DNA from: Octopus vulgaris
Lineage: Eukaryota
Direction: 5' to 3'
Length of the DNA: 64,000 bases
Assembly: GCA_951406725.2 (NCBI GenBank)
Contig: OX597827.1
Coordinates: 64,852,001 to 64,916,000 of the forward strand
The position numbers and the translations under genes are program-made. The stretch's first letter is position 1. Every line of letters begins with the position of its first letter. The notes beneath the pieces are model-generated. The model searched no databases. It was given only the letters and a program-made list of their open reading frames with translations, and was not told the DNA's origin. Shown one piece after another: positions 26,911 to 38,672 of the stretch.

Positions 26911-28040
26911 CTAGTAAAAGTGAATTTCACTACAAACAATTCTATCTCGATGTTTGGTGATAACAAATCTCCTCAAATCACAAGAACCTTTCTTCGGATT
27001 CTTACAGAGTACAGGGATGGTACCTCTCTGTAAGACGACAATGAGAGTTTTAATTCCAGTATCTATATTCTTTTAGATAGCATTTTGAATGTTGTGACAG
27101 GTGCACCATTTTTCACGAGAATAACTTTCGTCTTAGTCTCCCATAGTCTTCACTCTTGTTAGATCCTTATATTTCTTAATTTTCTTCAATTCTTTGTAGG
27201 AAATTGCAAAATCATAGATCTTCAAACGTTTACTCATTTACTCGTTTCAGTCATTTTGACTGCGGACATGCTGGAGCACCGCCTCTAGTCGAGCAAATCG
27301 ACCCGAGGACTTGTTCTTTGTAAGCCTAGTATTTATTCTAACCGCTAAGTTACGGGAACGCAAACATCGGTGGTCAAGCGATGTTGAGGGGACAAACACA
27401 GACACACATACACACATATATACACATATACATATATACGACGGGCTTCTTTCAGTTTCCGTCTACCAAATCCACTCAGAAAGCTTTGGTCGGCCCGAGG
27501 CTATAGTAGAAGACACTTGTCCAAGGTGCCACGCAGTGGAACTGAATCTGGAACCATGTGGTTGGTAAGCAAGCTACTTACCACACAGCCATTCCTGCGC
27601 CTATGGTTTGTTTATTTTGTTCTCTATAATCATATTTGGTTTAATTGTTTGAACAGTATGACCAGTTTTTGTAGGAATATCCACAAGATCCTGTAATTAT
27701 CATTTTCTATTACAACCCCTGGTTTGTATTCATATCGCTTTTCTGTTACTTTGAAGTCACACACTCGGGTAATATCCCAATGTGCGAGTTTATCTTCATA
27801 GTTATGTGCGTGTTTATGTGTTTTTCTGTGCTAGCTTACTGCATGCATAAAGAAGATTATTGTTACTTTCGTCTCCTTTCCTACAGATTCTAGATTTGTT
27901 GTCTGACTGTGTTTCGTCGAATTTTGTCTTTATCAGATTAGTTTTAATGACTTAATCCTGAGATTGCCATCCGTCATCCAGAATCTTCAGTCTTTATTTT
28001 CAACATGCTAGGCTTTTTGTGTTAATTGGCCATGTAATTT
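26910..28040 (-). mobile_element. Dong/R4-clade LINE 3' fragment interrupted by a SINE
   Basis: Minus strand: QD*VIKTNLIKTKFD..SRICRKGDES..CSKLAQ..HWDI..ENDNYRILW, [SINE], then DFAI..KYKDL..RIRRKVL; (TAA)n tail at 26870-26908. Confidence 0.8.
27229..27603 (-). mobile_element. SINE family B nested in the Dong/R4 LINE
   Basis: Well-conserved copy with a complete head. Confidence 0.9.
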
Positions 28041-28289
28041 CGTTCATCATCATCACCATCATGATGATCATCGTCGTCGTCGTCGTCATCGTCGTCATCA
28101 CCGTCATCATCATCATCATCATCATCATCATTAATTTTTACTTTTAATCTGCATGTTTGTTACAATATCACTTGCCGAGACACACACAGCGTCCTAGGGG
28201 GAGGATAAGAGCTGTTACAGTATGACTGAAAGCTTGAGGAGGGGAAGTGCCAGGGGCAGAAGCGAGATATCTTCATGTAATACAACACA

Positions 28290-28550
28290 GTCATTTAAAT
28301 GGATTGGATTTTTTATATGGATGTCAGCACAATCTTTTGGATTTCTCTGAGACATGGTTCTCCTGGCGTCGTATCTAGATCTTTCTGACATCCTCTTTAT
28401 GTTTTATCATACCTAGGGAACCTACAATAACAGGAACAGTTCTCGCTTTAAGATATCACATCTATTGTATTTCGATTTCCAGGTCCTTATATTTACTTAA
28501 TTTGTCAAATTCATTAACAGGTATATTTTTATCAGTGGAAACACATATAT
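28290..28550 (-). mobile_element. Dong/R4-clade LINE 3' fragment
   Basis: Minus strand: STDKNIPVNEFDKLSKYKDLEIEIQ*M*YLKARTVPVIVGSLGMIK, homologous to 59761-60066. Confidence 0.8.
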
Positions 28551-28689
28551 TAGTCTACTAGGATCCGAGTAAGTAGGAGGTGATTGTAAATTTCAGGCTT
28601 ATAGTTCTACTGAAAAACGGAGTTAAAGGTAGTTGCAAAAATGCTCGCCAATTGGCTAGCATATGACGTCAGTAGTGCAGGTACAGAAG

Positions 28690-29650
28690 TGCAAATCTAT
28701 ACAGATCTATCCACGACAACCACTACCTCATGTGATAGAGCGTGACCAGTCATCTGTCTTTGGTGGAAGACTAGTCAACTTGGATTAATCCAAAGCATTT
28801 GATAGAATGGACTGTCCCAATTTAGCAGCTGTCCTAAGATCGAAAGTGTTGGTTCCTGTCTTCAATGGCTGGCTTGTTACAATTTATAGTAGCATCTGTT
28901 TTTTGGCCAAATTGAATTGCTACATCTCGGAATTGTTTAACATCGAACGTTCGGTCAGTTAAGATGCTCTGTTTCACTCATCCCGTATCTTTTAGCTCTA
29001 GAATGTTTGCCGCAGAAGATGGAAATTCCGGGACGTATTCCACGCGTATTGGGTCGCAGAAAAGCCGTCAGCAAGCACAAACGATGTGATTGACATGGTG
29101 TCAAACAGGTCAGAAAGAGACGCGATCATCAGTATACCGAAATAGGGTAGGTATGAACTGGAGTAAACACTAAACAGAAAATGTCTGCGTGCTTGCAACA
29201 GAGCATTGGGAAAAGTAGATCCATGCTGGCCAGCGATCATTTCAGTCACTCGAGCGCGGGGCCGATAAAGGTGCTTCTGTGTCTTCTTCGGACTAGACCT
29301 CATGATTAAAAGAAACTGGGAAGATATCACAAGGATTGTGGCTAATTTCGCTCAAAAATGGTCTAAAAGGAAGCTATCCTTAAGTGGTAGGGCGGAAGTG
29401 GCTAACGCACATATTGATTTGGTGGTGTATTAACGCCTGGCCGTTGTACTGTGTCCCAAGAAACATTGACCAGATTGAAGAGCGTGCTTTTCTGCTTCTT
29501 GTGAAAAGAACAGGTTCTGCTGGTTAGGAAATCCAGCTGCCAACAACACACACTCTGGTGTGGTCTCGGGATGTTGCACCTGATAACATGACGGCATATA
29601 ATGAAGTTTATGTTTCTGCACACAAATCTGGACCACTGCGATGAAGATGA
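28690..29650 (+). mobile_element. L1/Tx1-clade LINE reverse-transcriptase fragment
   Basis: LVNLD*SKAFDRMD..FNGWLVTIYS..FNIERSV..YLLALE; later NWEDI..KWSKRKLSLSGRAEVAN and GLGMLHL, all Tx1-type motifs; many disruptions. Confidence 0.85.
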
Positions 29651-31395
29651 TAATGAAACTGTAACAAGTAGTGAGGATGTCTTGCGTAAGCACCTTATTT
29701 TGTAGTTCATCTCTTTGACCATCCTGTAATCGTGTGTCAAGCGTAGGCTGCGGTCAGATGTTCGATATCTTGAATAATGCCAAGCCCTCACAGTAATTTA
29801 CTAGTGTAGAAAGAGTAGAATGTGAGCTGTGAAGACATATGTGCGAGATATGAACTCAAGGCGCAAAATATCTAGACAGATACCTCAGAACATTCAGTCT
29901 AACATACTAATGACTGCCAATTAACCATCAGTTAGATTAATTGAATGAGATAGTATAGAGGAAGATTCCCTCAAATGAACCTTTGGTACTTTTAGCAGAT
30001 TATACTCTGTTGCAGGCATTCAAGTCAGCTTTTGGTCGGAATATACCTTCGTCCTTCTCTTCCACCATCCTTTGAAATCTTGTAAAGTGCTATTGGCACC
30101 GCCTCTGCTCCCGACTATAAGATTAAAAGTATTCTTCCTCTAATCTCTACTATTCAAGTACAGCGAATGACTTGATCAACTCTGTCTTCATTTTCCTTTA
30201 TTCAAGAACTATATCTAATTAAATATATCTTCATATAATTAAATATATCTTCATAGTATTTAATTTCTATGGGTAATTACCATATTTTTCTTGTATTTGA
30301 TCAGTTCCTCTAATGCTCAGAGCTGCAGTTATAGCTTTCTCTCAAAGAGTTTGGTTCTTCTTCCTTCCCAAACAGTCGTTGATTTGAAGAGTATAGAATA
30401 ACGGAAGCGTGCGGTATCATTGTCTCTAATTTAGTCGGAAAGCCTTTTAAGGTGAAAGGTGGTTAATTGATAACGTTCATCACAGTTCTTGAATAGCGGA
30501 GGGATGAAAGGAATAATTTATTTGCGCAAGATCTGGCCCCAGAACGTAAAGAGTTTCAAGTAATTACAGTTAGTTATTCAAAAGAGTGGAATAACGGAAT
30601 CCGGTCCTATTACTTGAGTTCGTGAAAGAGGAAGTCGTCCATGGCAAGAATTGTACTCAAAGTGTAGATACCGAAAACAAAAGGCTGGCGCCACAAATAA
30701 TTTTGCTTCTTTTATAACGACATTTTTCTTTCCAAAATAATTGTTTTTAATTTACTGGCACAAGATTATGATAAATGGTAGTAGTGGTATGTGTGCCTGT
30801 GTGTGAGAGAGTGCTTGTGTGGGTGTGCATGTATGCGTAGAGGTGAATGGCTGTGCTAATTAATTAAATTCCAATACTTGAGTGGTACTTATTTGATGAA
30901 CTTCGATAAGATGAAAGACAGTAATTAACCACGGTGAAATTTCAAAGTTGCTGGTTGAGCGACTACGTAAGCGATACACTCATTGCTTTGTATATACTAA
31001 CTGTCTGTATTGCGTAGAGTGGAGGTCATCGAGATCGCTTCACGCTCGCTGTTGATCTCTGTGCTGATATATTTAATTTTCTGTATCGACCTTTTAATAT
31101 CACTTATGATTCACTGGGCGATAGAGAAAGGAGGAGGAGGAGAGAGACAGACAGACAGATAAACAGACTGACAGAGAAAGACCAGAATACATTTGCATGC
31201 TCCTACGATTATAAAGGAATACAGTCAGCAATTGGGTGTTCTTTCATATTGCCCGCGCTTAGTTTTTAAAACGTGTAAGCACATACTGTTATAGATCTGT
31301 TATCAATGGACCTGCAAAAATGGCATAGCAGCTTAATTCCTCTTATGTCACACCTAACTGTATTGGTTAAACAAAGGTACATTATACCACATAGT

Positions 31396-31435
<40 letters not shown>

Positions 31436-31437
<2 letters not shown>

Positions 31438-31650
31438 TCGCCATGTTGATTCGCTAGCTTCTGCACGCATTTTTTTTCTCTCCTTGTCTCTCTCCGTGTT
31501 TCTTTTCTGTGTATCTTTCTGTTGAAGAGCGTAGGCTCGAAACGTAAAAGACTTGTTTTATTTATATTCCTGAGCGCCATACTAATACAATTGTTTGTTT
31601 GTATTCCACCTGCCTTCGTCTTTTGTTTATTTTCATAAAGCTTCCCGTTA
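31436..31650 (+). mobile_element. ~215-bp non-coding PLE-type element in (TA)n with a minimal hammerhead motif
   Basis: Homologous to 46545-46742, 54257-54435 and 55355-55550; (TA)n on both sides. Confidence 0.75.
31514..31551 (+). ncRNA. minimal hammerhead-like motif with CUGUUGA core
   Basis: TCTTT-CTGTTGA-A-GAGC-GTAG-GCTC-GAAAC-GT-A-AAAGA. Confidence 0.6.
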
Positions 31651-31816
31651 TATATATATATATATAATGACTTGTTCAGCTGAAGGAAATTTCAGTGTAG
31701 GCATTCTAAATCGGAGTTGATCTGAATGAAAGTAAGTCCAACAACAACATCAACGACGAAAACAATAAAAATAACAAGAAAATAGCACGACTTTTAAACT
31801 GCAACGATGTATATTA

Positions 31817-32006
31817 ATCCTTTCTACTAAAGCACAAGGCCAAAATTTTTGTGGCAGGGGACTAGTCGAATACATCGACTCCACTGGTAGTTAATTTATT
31901 GACCCCGAAAGGATGAAAGGCAAAGTCGACCTCGGCGGAATTTGAACTCACAACGTAACGGTAGGCGAAATACCGCTAAGCATTTCGCCCGGTGTGCTAA
32001 CGATTC
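31817..32006 (-). mobile_element. SINE family A (short-tail variant), head interrupted
   Basis: CCCCGAAAGGATGAAAGGCAAAGTCGACCTCGGCGGAATTTGAACTC..CTAACGATTCT, then directly abuts the next copy. Confidence 0.9.
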
Positions 32007-32240
32007 TTATTTCTTTATTACCTACAAGGGGCTAAACATAGAGGGGACAAACAAGGACAGACAAAGGGATTAAGTCGATTATATCGACCCCAGTGCGTAA
32101 CTGGTACTTTATTTAGTCGACCCCGAAAGGATGAAAGGCAAAGTCGACCGCGGCGGAATTTGAACTCAGAACGTAAGGGCAGACGAAATACTGCTAAGCA
32201 TTTCGCCTGGCGTGCTAACGTTTCTGCCAGATCGCCGCCT
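32007..32240 (-). mobile_element. SINE family A (long-tail variant), full length
   Basis: Near-identical to 56958-57177. Confidence 0.92.
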
Positions 32241-32581
32241 TTACGCAGAATATTAATAATAAATTCAACGAGACTCTCTGTTTATGCAAAATGGAGAACA
32301 TGTGATCGGCTTAAGAAAATTGTTAAGATATTAAAATATTTTCCTATTTTCTTAACATTAAATCAATGGTATATGTATTGATTATATACATATATATTTA
32401 ACGTAAACAGTTATCAAAATATCAAAATAGAACTACTGGAACAAAGCATCGACGAAAAGCAATTTATAAAAATTCCCATCAGCCTCACATTTGGCAAGTG
32501 TATTTTCTTACAGATTAATGCATCTGTTAAAAGATCTCCGCTGTCATTTCAAAATTTGAAAAAGAATAAATTCTGTGCATA

Positions 32582-32735
32582 TAGGCAAAGGCACGGCTGT
32601 GCGATTAAGAAGTTCGTTTCCAGTTCGGTCCTGCTGCGCAGCCCCATCGGCAAATATCTTCTGCTATAGCCCTGGGATCAAGTAAGGCTGTGTGAGTGCA
32701 ATTAGAAGATGGAAACTGCATAGAAGCCCATTGTA
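32582..32735 (+). mobile_element. SINE family B 5' part, decayed
   Basis: AGGCAAAGGCACGGCTGTGCG..GTTCGGTCC..GGCAAATATCTTCTGCTATAGCC..GATGGAAACTG. Confidence 0.7.
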
Positions 32736-32779
32736 TACATCATACATATTATATAATATATATTATAGATATTTATATG

Positions 32780-32833
<54 letters not shown>

Positions 32834-32879
32834 TATATATATATATGTGTGTGTGTGTGTGTATGTGTGTATGTGTGTG

Positions 32880-33261
32880 TCTGTGGATATTATCTGTATG
32901 GATTTCAAGGGCTAGGTTGCTATTTAGGAAGATAATTTAGGAGTTAGTTATAGGATTATAGTAATTTACCGATACCGTTTTTTGTACATAGGGTAAATGT
33001 GGTTTATTTTCTGTAGTTTAATTAATAATGTTAGTATTTAAACCTTCCTAGAATTAAGATTGAATGAATGTGGTGATATCTGAGGTATGTTTGTTTCCAA
33101 TCAAGACTTATTTTAGTACTGTTGACGTCGCCAGATTGAACAGTACTGGCCTGGTGTCGAAACCATAATGATACCTGTGGGGCAGCTGATGAAGGAGGTG
33201 CGTTGGACTGTTACTATGTCTGTTATTGTATCTGCGGAACATTTTTATACATGTATTTGAG

Positions 33262-33262
<1 letters not shown>
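32880..33262. mobile_element. PLE-like fragment between microsatellites
   Basis: Shares GGTGTCGAAACCATAAT-N-CAGCTGATGA with 4512-4551. Confidence 0.45.
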
Positions 33263-33308
<46 letters not shown>

Positions 33309-33335
33309 CACATATATATATATATATACATACAT

Positions 33336-33385
<50 letters not shown>

Positions 33386-33391
33386 ATATGC

Positions 33392-33438
<47 letters not shown>

Positions 33439-33824
33439 TATATACATTATTTACATGTGTGTGCTCTTGCTTATGCTTGACCATTCTTAATGCTTGGCCA
33501 CTGGTGTTGGTTTGTTTATGTCCCCGTGACTCAGTGTGGTTCGTTACCATATTTACCAGACTTAAGAAAGCATTAAATACTGCATACGCACTTTTTTGAT
33601 ACATACATACATGTAAAGATATATGTATGTATGTATGCATCACAGCATACATACATACATACATACATACATACATACATACATACATACATACATACAT
33701 ACATACATACATACATACATACATACAGCATAACAATTAAGCTTGGTGCAATGGCCATACTGGATAAGGAGGGGGCAGCCATAATGTATGTATGTATGTA
33801 TGTATGTATATATACACACACATG

Positions 33825-33945
33825 CAACAGGCTTCCTCGCATTGGTCTACGTAGGGCTATAGTATTTTACCCAAAGTGCCGCACATTGTAACTGAACATG
33901 AAACGACGTGGCTGGAAAGTGAACTTCTGAGCCACACCACCATGC
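33825..33945 (-). mobile_element. SINE family B head fragment, decayed
   Basis: GGGCTATAGTA..CCCAAAGTGCCGCAC..ACTGAAC..GTGGCTGGAAAG..CCACACCACCATGC. Confidence 0.65.
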
Positions 33946-34559
33946 TTGTATGTATGTGTGCCTGTATGATCTTGTATGGCTGGGTGTTAGTGTTTATGTA
34001 TTTGTGTCCGTATCTTTCCCCATTTCTCTCTTTCTCTGTCTCTCTCTCTCTCCTATGTGTGAGTGCTTGTGTGGTTGCCGTGTTTATACGTGTGAAAGAT
34101 ATTGAGAAATTCGATAAGAAGGGAGAGACTAATGAAAATGGATTTATGTCCATCAAACATAAGAGACACCTGATACAAAAATGTGGTGTAAGAGCGGAGA
34201 CGGGTGTAATTTTAAAATTTTATATTATTTTCTTACTTAACTGTTTAAAACAATAAAAACAACAATAATAAAAAAAAACATTTTTGAAAAATAGTCAGAA
34301 GCATCAAAACAAAATAATCGCCCAAAATTGATTGTGAATGGTCTGCTTAAATGTCCTGTCTTGCCACATTGTGCGAAATATTTACGTGTTTAGAATTACA
34401 AATTGCAAAAATGACGGACACCATTTTGAATCCATTCCATTTTCGTTTTCTAAATGATTTCATTGTTTTTCAGGTTGTTGAATTTCTTTATTTATTAATA
34501 ACAATAATAATAATAACAATATTAATATGATCATCATCGTCATCATCGTTGCTGTTGCT

Positions 34560-34630
34560 TTTCTTCTTCTTCTTCTTCTTCTTCTTCTTCAACTTCTTCT
34601 TCTTCTTCTTCAACTTCTTCTTCTTCTTCA

Positions 34631-34661
<31 letters not shown>

Positions 34662-34729
34662 CTTCTTCTTCTTCTTCTTCTTCTTCTTCTTCAACTTCTT
34701 CTTCTTCTTCAACTTCTTCTTCTTCTTCA

Positions 34730-34760
<31 letters not shown>

Positions 34761-34785
34761 CTTCTCCTTTCGTCTTCTTCTTCTT
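34560..34785. repeat. (CTT)n with periodic CAA interruptions
   Basis: Directly visible. Confidence 0.95.
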
Positions 34786-34795
34786 ATCATTATTA

Positions 34796-35010
34796 AGGCA
34801 ACGAGCTGGCAGAAACGTTAGCACGCCGGGTGAAATGCTTAGATAGTATTTTGTTTGTCTTTACGTTCAAAATTCAAATATTACCGGAGTCGACTTTGCC
34901 TTTCCTGCTTCCCGGATCGATAAATTAAGTACAAGTTATGCACTTGGGTCGATGTAAACGACTGGAACCCTCCCCCAAAATTTCAACTTTTGCGCCTATA
35001 GTAGAAATGC
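34796..35010 (+). mobile_element. SINE family A (short-tail variant) followed by (ATT)n
   Basis: GGCAACGAGCTGGCAGAAACGTTAGCACGCCGGG..GTCGACTTTGCCTTT..GATAAATTAAGTAC..GCCTATAGTAGAAA. Confidence 0.88.
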
Positions 35011-35013
35011 TTA

Positions 35014-35080
<67 letters not shown>

Positions 35081-35095
35081 TAAAAAGAAGAAGGC

Positions 35096-35147
<52 letters not shown>

Positions 35148-35154
35148 CACACAA

Positions 35155-35312
35155 TTGCATCATGGAAGGTGTTTATAAGCCATTTCAAAACGCACAAAAA
35201 CCTTTAGATTCACTTCAAAATTTCAATTTAATTTGTCAATTCAATTTAAATGTTGAAGTCAATCTGCTTTTCTGTGTTTTTAAATGGTTTAAAAACTCCT
35301 TCCATGCTGCAA
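35155..35312. repeat. imperfect fold-back with ~75-bp arms next to (TA)n
   Basis: TTGCATCATGGAAGGTGTTTATAAGCCATTT.. pairs with ..AAATGGTTTAAAAACTCCTTCCATGCTGCAA. Confidence 0.85.
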
Positions 35313-35374
35313 CTATTTTTGTTTCAGCACACGATCCCAGATCAAATCACTTGCTATGCAAGTACATCTCCGTA

Positions 35375-35460
<86 letters not shown>

Positions 35461-35473
35461 ATAATTAAATGGA

Positions 35474-35534
35474 GTTAAACGCAGGTGTTATTCAAATCAT
35501 TTTAATAAGTTTTGAATAACACCTGCGGTTAACT
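35474..35534. repeat. 23-bp inverted repeat next to (TA)n/(GA)n
   Basis: GTTAAACGCAGGTGTTATTCAAA .. TTTGAATAACACCTGCGGTTAAC. Confidence 0.85.
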
Positions 35535-35710
35535 GTATTTATTTATTTCTCTATATTATTCAAGAACATTTAACCTAAATTCTGGAGTTTCTACCTTTGT
35601 ATGTAGGCTGTTACATCCTTGGTAATTGTGTGAATTTTTGCTACCCTGGTAACCATTTATTCATCTATTTTTTTCCGTGTTATTTCTAAACACTGAAGAA
35701 ACTCACACAC

Positions 35711-35743
<33 letters not shown>

Positions 35744-36297
35744 TGTATGTATGTATGTATGTATGTATGTATGTATGTATGTATGTACGTATGTATGTAC
35801 GTACGTACGTATGTATGTGTGCATGTATGTATGTATGTATGTATGTATGTACGTATGTATGTATGTATGTATGTATGTATGTATGTGTATATATGATTAC
35901 CTTCATAATGCCGAATAGTTAATAGGAAATTCGATTTCAGATTACTGGGAAATTACGTGAAATAGTAGAAACATATAGCCGTTTTTACATCGTGTTAGAC
36001 TTTGTTTTTCATTTTACTAGCATCGACAAAATATAAGTCAAGTATTGAAGGGGATTAACAGTCAGGAAAAATTGTTCAAAAACTGAATTTTGAAAGAGAC
36101 TATAATAAATGGTTATAACATAGGAGGAAAACCAGGAATTTATGGTGGGAGGTCTGTGGGATTAATTAAACTCCGTACTTGACTAGTAGTTTATTTTATC
36201 AACCCTCAGAAGAAATGGAAAACGGGATCATCAGGGTTAGAACTTAGAACGTACAAGTGACAAAAAAAGTGATATATATATATATATATATGTATGT

Positions 36298-36369
<72 letters not shown>

Positions 36370-36375
<6 letters not shown>

Positions 36376-36990
36376 GGCTTAGTAAAATAAATTACTTTGC
36401 CACATACTGAACTCATTAGAAATAGTAGCTAAAAAAACTTTTTTTTAAACTATTTCTAATACTTAAAGAAAATCTCTCTCATATAGTGCTTGCTCAATTC
36501 AACTCACGAAAGTATGGGGGTAATTGTTGAAATTATAATTCATCTCTCTCTATTTAGTGTTTTCGGATTTACCGAAAAAACATAGTGTTTGCTGATTTTA
36601 ACCCACGCTGGTGGAAAGGGGAGAGCAGAAATTCTTCGCTTGCATATTTTGGGTTTGCTGGCACTGTTAGTTTCGAGCAGATCTTCAGAAGCGATTAGAA
36701 GCCGAAAGGGTATGCTCCCACTTTCAGTGTTTTCAAATCCAAACCAAGGAGTTCTGAGCTGATGATAGAAATGTCGAGTTTGACTAATCTTGAAACGTAC
36801 GTTCTCAAATAACCTTTGCATTTGATTTTTTAATGTCTTTACCCCCATACTTTCGTGAGTTGAATTGAGCAAGCACTATATGAGAGAGATTTTCTTTAAG
36901 TATTAGAAATAGTTTTAAAAAAAGTTTTTACTATTTCTAATGAGTTCAGTATGTGGCAAAGTAATTTATTTTACTAAGCCCTTTTATATA
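36370..36990. mobile_element. PLE-type element with ~150-bp inverted arms and an internal hammerhead
   Basis: Arms ~36370-36523 and ~36839-36990 are near-perfect reverse complements; starts at the end of a (TA)n tract. Confidence 0.8.
36755..36807 (+). ncRNA. type I hammerhead ribozyme motif
   Basis: TGAG-CTGATGA-T-AGA..GTC-GAGTTT-GAC..TCT-T-GAAAC-GTAC-GT-T-CTCA; stem I TGAG/CTCA; palindromic stem III ACGTACGT; U-U mismatch at the base of stem II. Confidence 0.7.
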
Positions 36991-37204
36991 ATGTAATAAT
37001 TTGAATTCGCCTTAAATGGTCCCTTTACATACTGAACACTTGGTGATATTGATTAATAATTAATTAATTAATTTTACCCTCAATTGTTGAAATTATATAT
37101 ATATATATATATATGTCTGTATGTATATATATATATATTATATATATGTATATATATATATATACAAGTACATATACACATACATAAATAAATAAGTAAA
37201 TAAA

Positions 37205-37247
<43 letters not shown>

Positions 37248-37452
37248 ATATATATATATACATACATACATACATACATATATATTTGAAATAAACAGTT
37301 AAAATGTTGACGAAGGTATTGGAGTATAAGTTCAACTCATTTGAGCGCTATAAGCAGTTTTCTACATTGACATTTCCTCTCGGACTCATCTGCTGATTCA
37401 CTCACTCTCTGTGTTTCTCTCTCTCTCCCTCTCTGTCTCTCTTTCTCTCTCC

Positions 37453-37489
<37 letters not shown>

Positions 37490-38206
37490 CATACATATAT
37501 ATATACATACATATACATAATTATATATATATATACATGTATTTGTATGTTTGTATAACTAGCGATATTATTTATATTATGCTACAAAGTTTGCATAGAA
37601 TAGTTATTTAGCTGTCTACTAATAAATTACATTATATTACAATTACGTAACCAGACCATTTCATCAGGCATCTATGTGCAGTTAACAGCTACACTGATTT
37701 GTGAGAGAACACACACTCTGATAATATCACTCACTTAGCATTCTTCGGTCGGAATCCATAGTTGAAGACACTTATCGAAGGTACTGTGCAGCTGAACTGA
37801 ACACGAAACCACATGATTACGAGCCAGTGGGATTTTACTTTATATAATGCGCTGAAAATATGTTATTCGCTTAACATAGGTCTGAATATTCTTTTCATCT
37901 GACATAAAATATATATGCATTTTCTGAGTGTTTTAATACTGAAATTGTATGAAAAATTAAGTTATGTTATTAACACATGAAACCTAAATAATGATGAGTA
38001 AACTCTTTTGTAAAGTACTTGAATTCTAAAAATATGAATTATCATTAGATGTATGAATTTATGTTGCAATTTGGATAACTTAATGTTACTTCTTTTGTTT
38101 CATAAACAAGTCTCTCAGCAATGCCTCTCTCTATATATACATATGGTTCCGTAAATATGTATATATTTATGTATGTCTATGAATATAAACACAAGTGTGT
38201 GTATAT

Positions 38207-38277
<71 letters not shown>

Positions 38278-38281
38278 ACAA

Positions 38282-38333
<52 letters not shown>

Positions 38334-38579
38334 TATGTATATATATATATTCATATCTATAACGGTGCACGCACACACACACATATATAATTATATACAT
38401 TGAAGCATATATATAAATATATGTATGCTCATATATGTATATATATATATACATGTATGTATTTAAATATGTATACATATATATATATACATATATTCAT
38501 ACTTACATACGTATATACATACATAATACATGCATAAATATATATACATACATACGTGCATATATATATATGTGTGTGT

Positions 38580-38672
38580 CTATGTTTGCTTCTGTGTGTG
38601 TGTTTGCCTCTGTGTGTGTGTTTGCCTCTGTGTGTGTGTTTGCCTCTGTGTGTGTGTTAGCCTGTGTGTGTG
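38580..38672 (+). repeat. 18-bp minisatellite (TGTGTGTGTGTTTGCCTC) x~5
   Basis: Directly visible. Confidence 0.9.
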
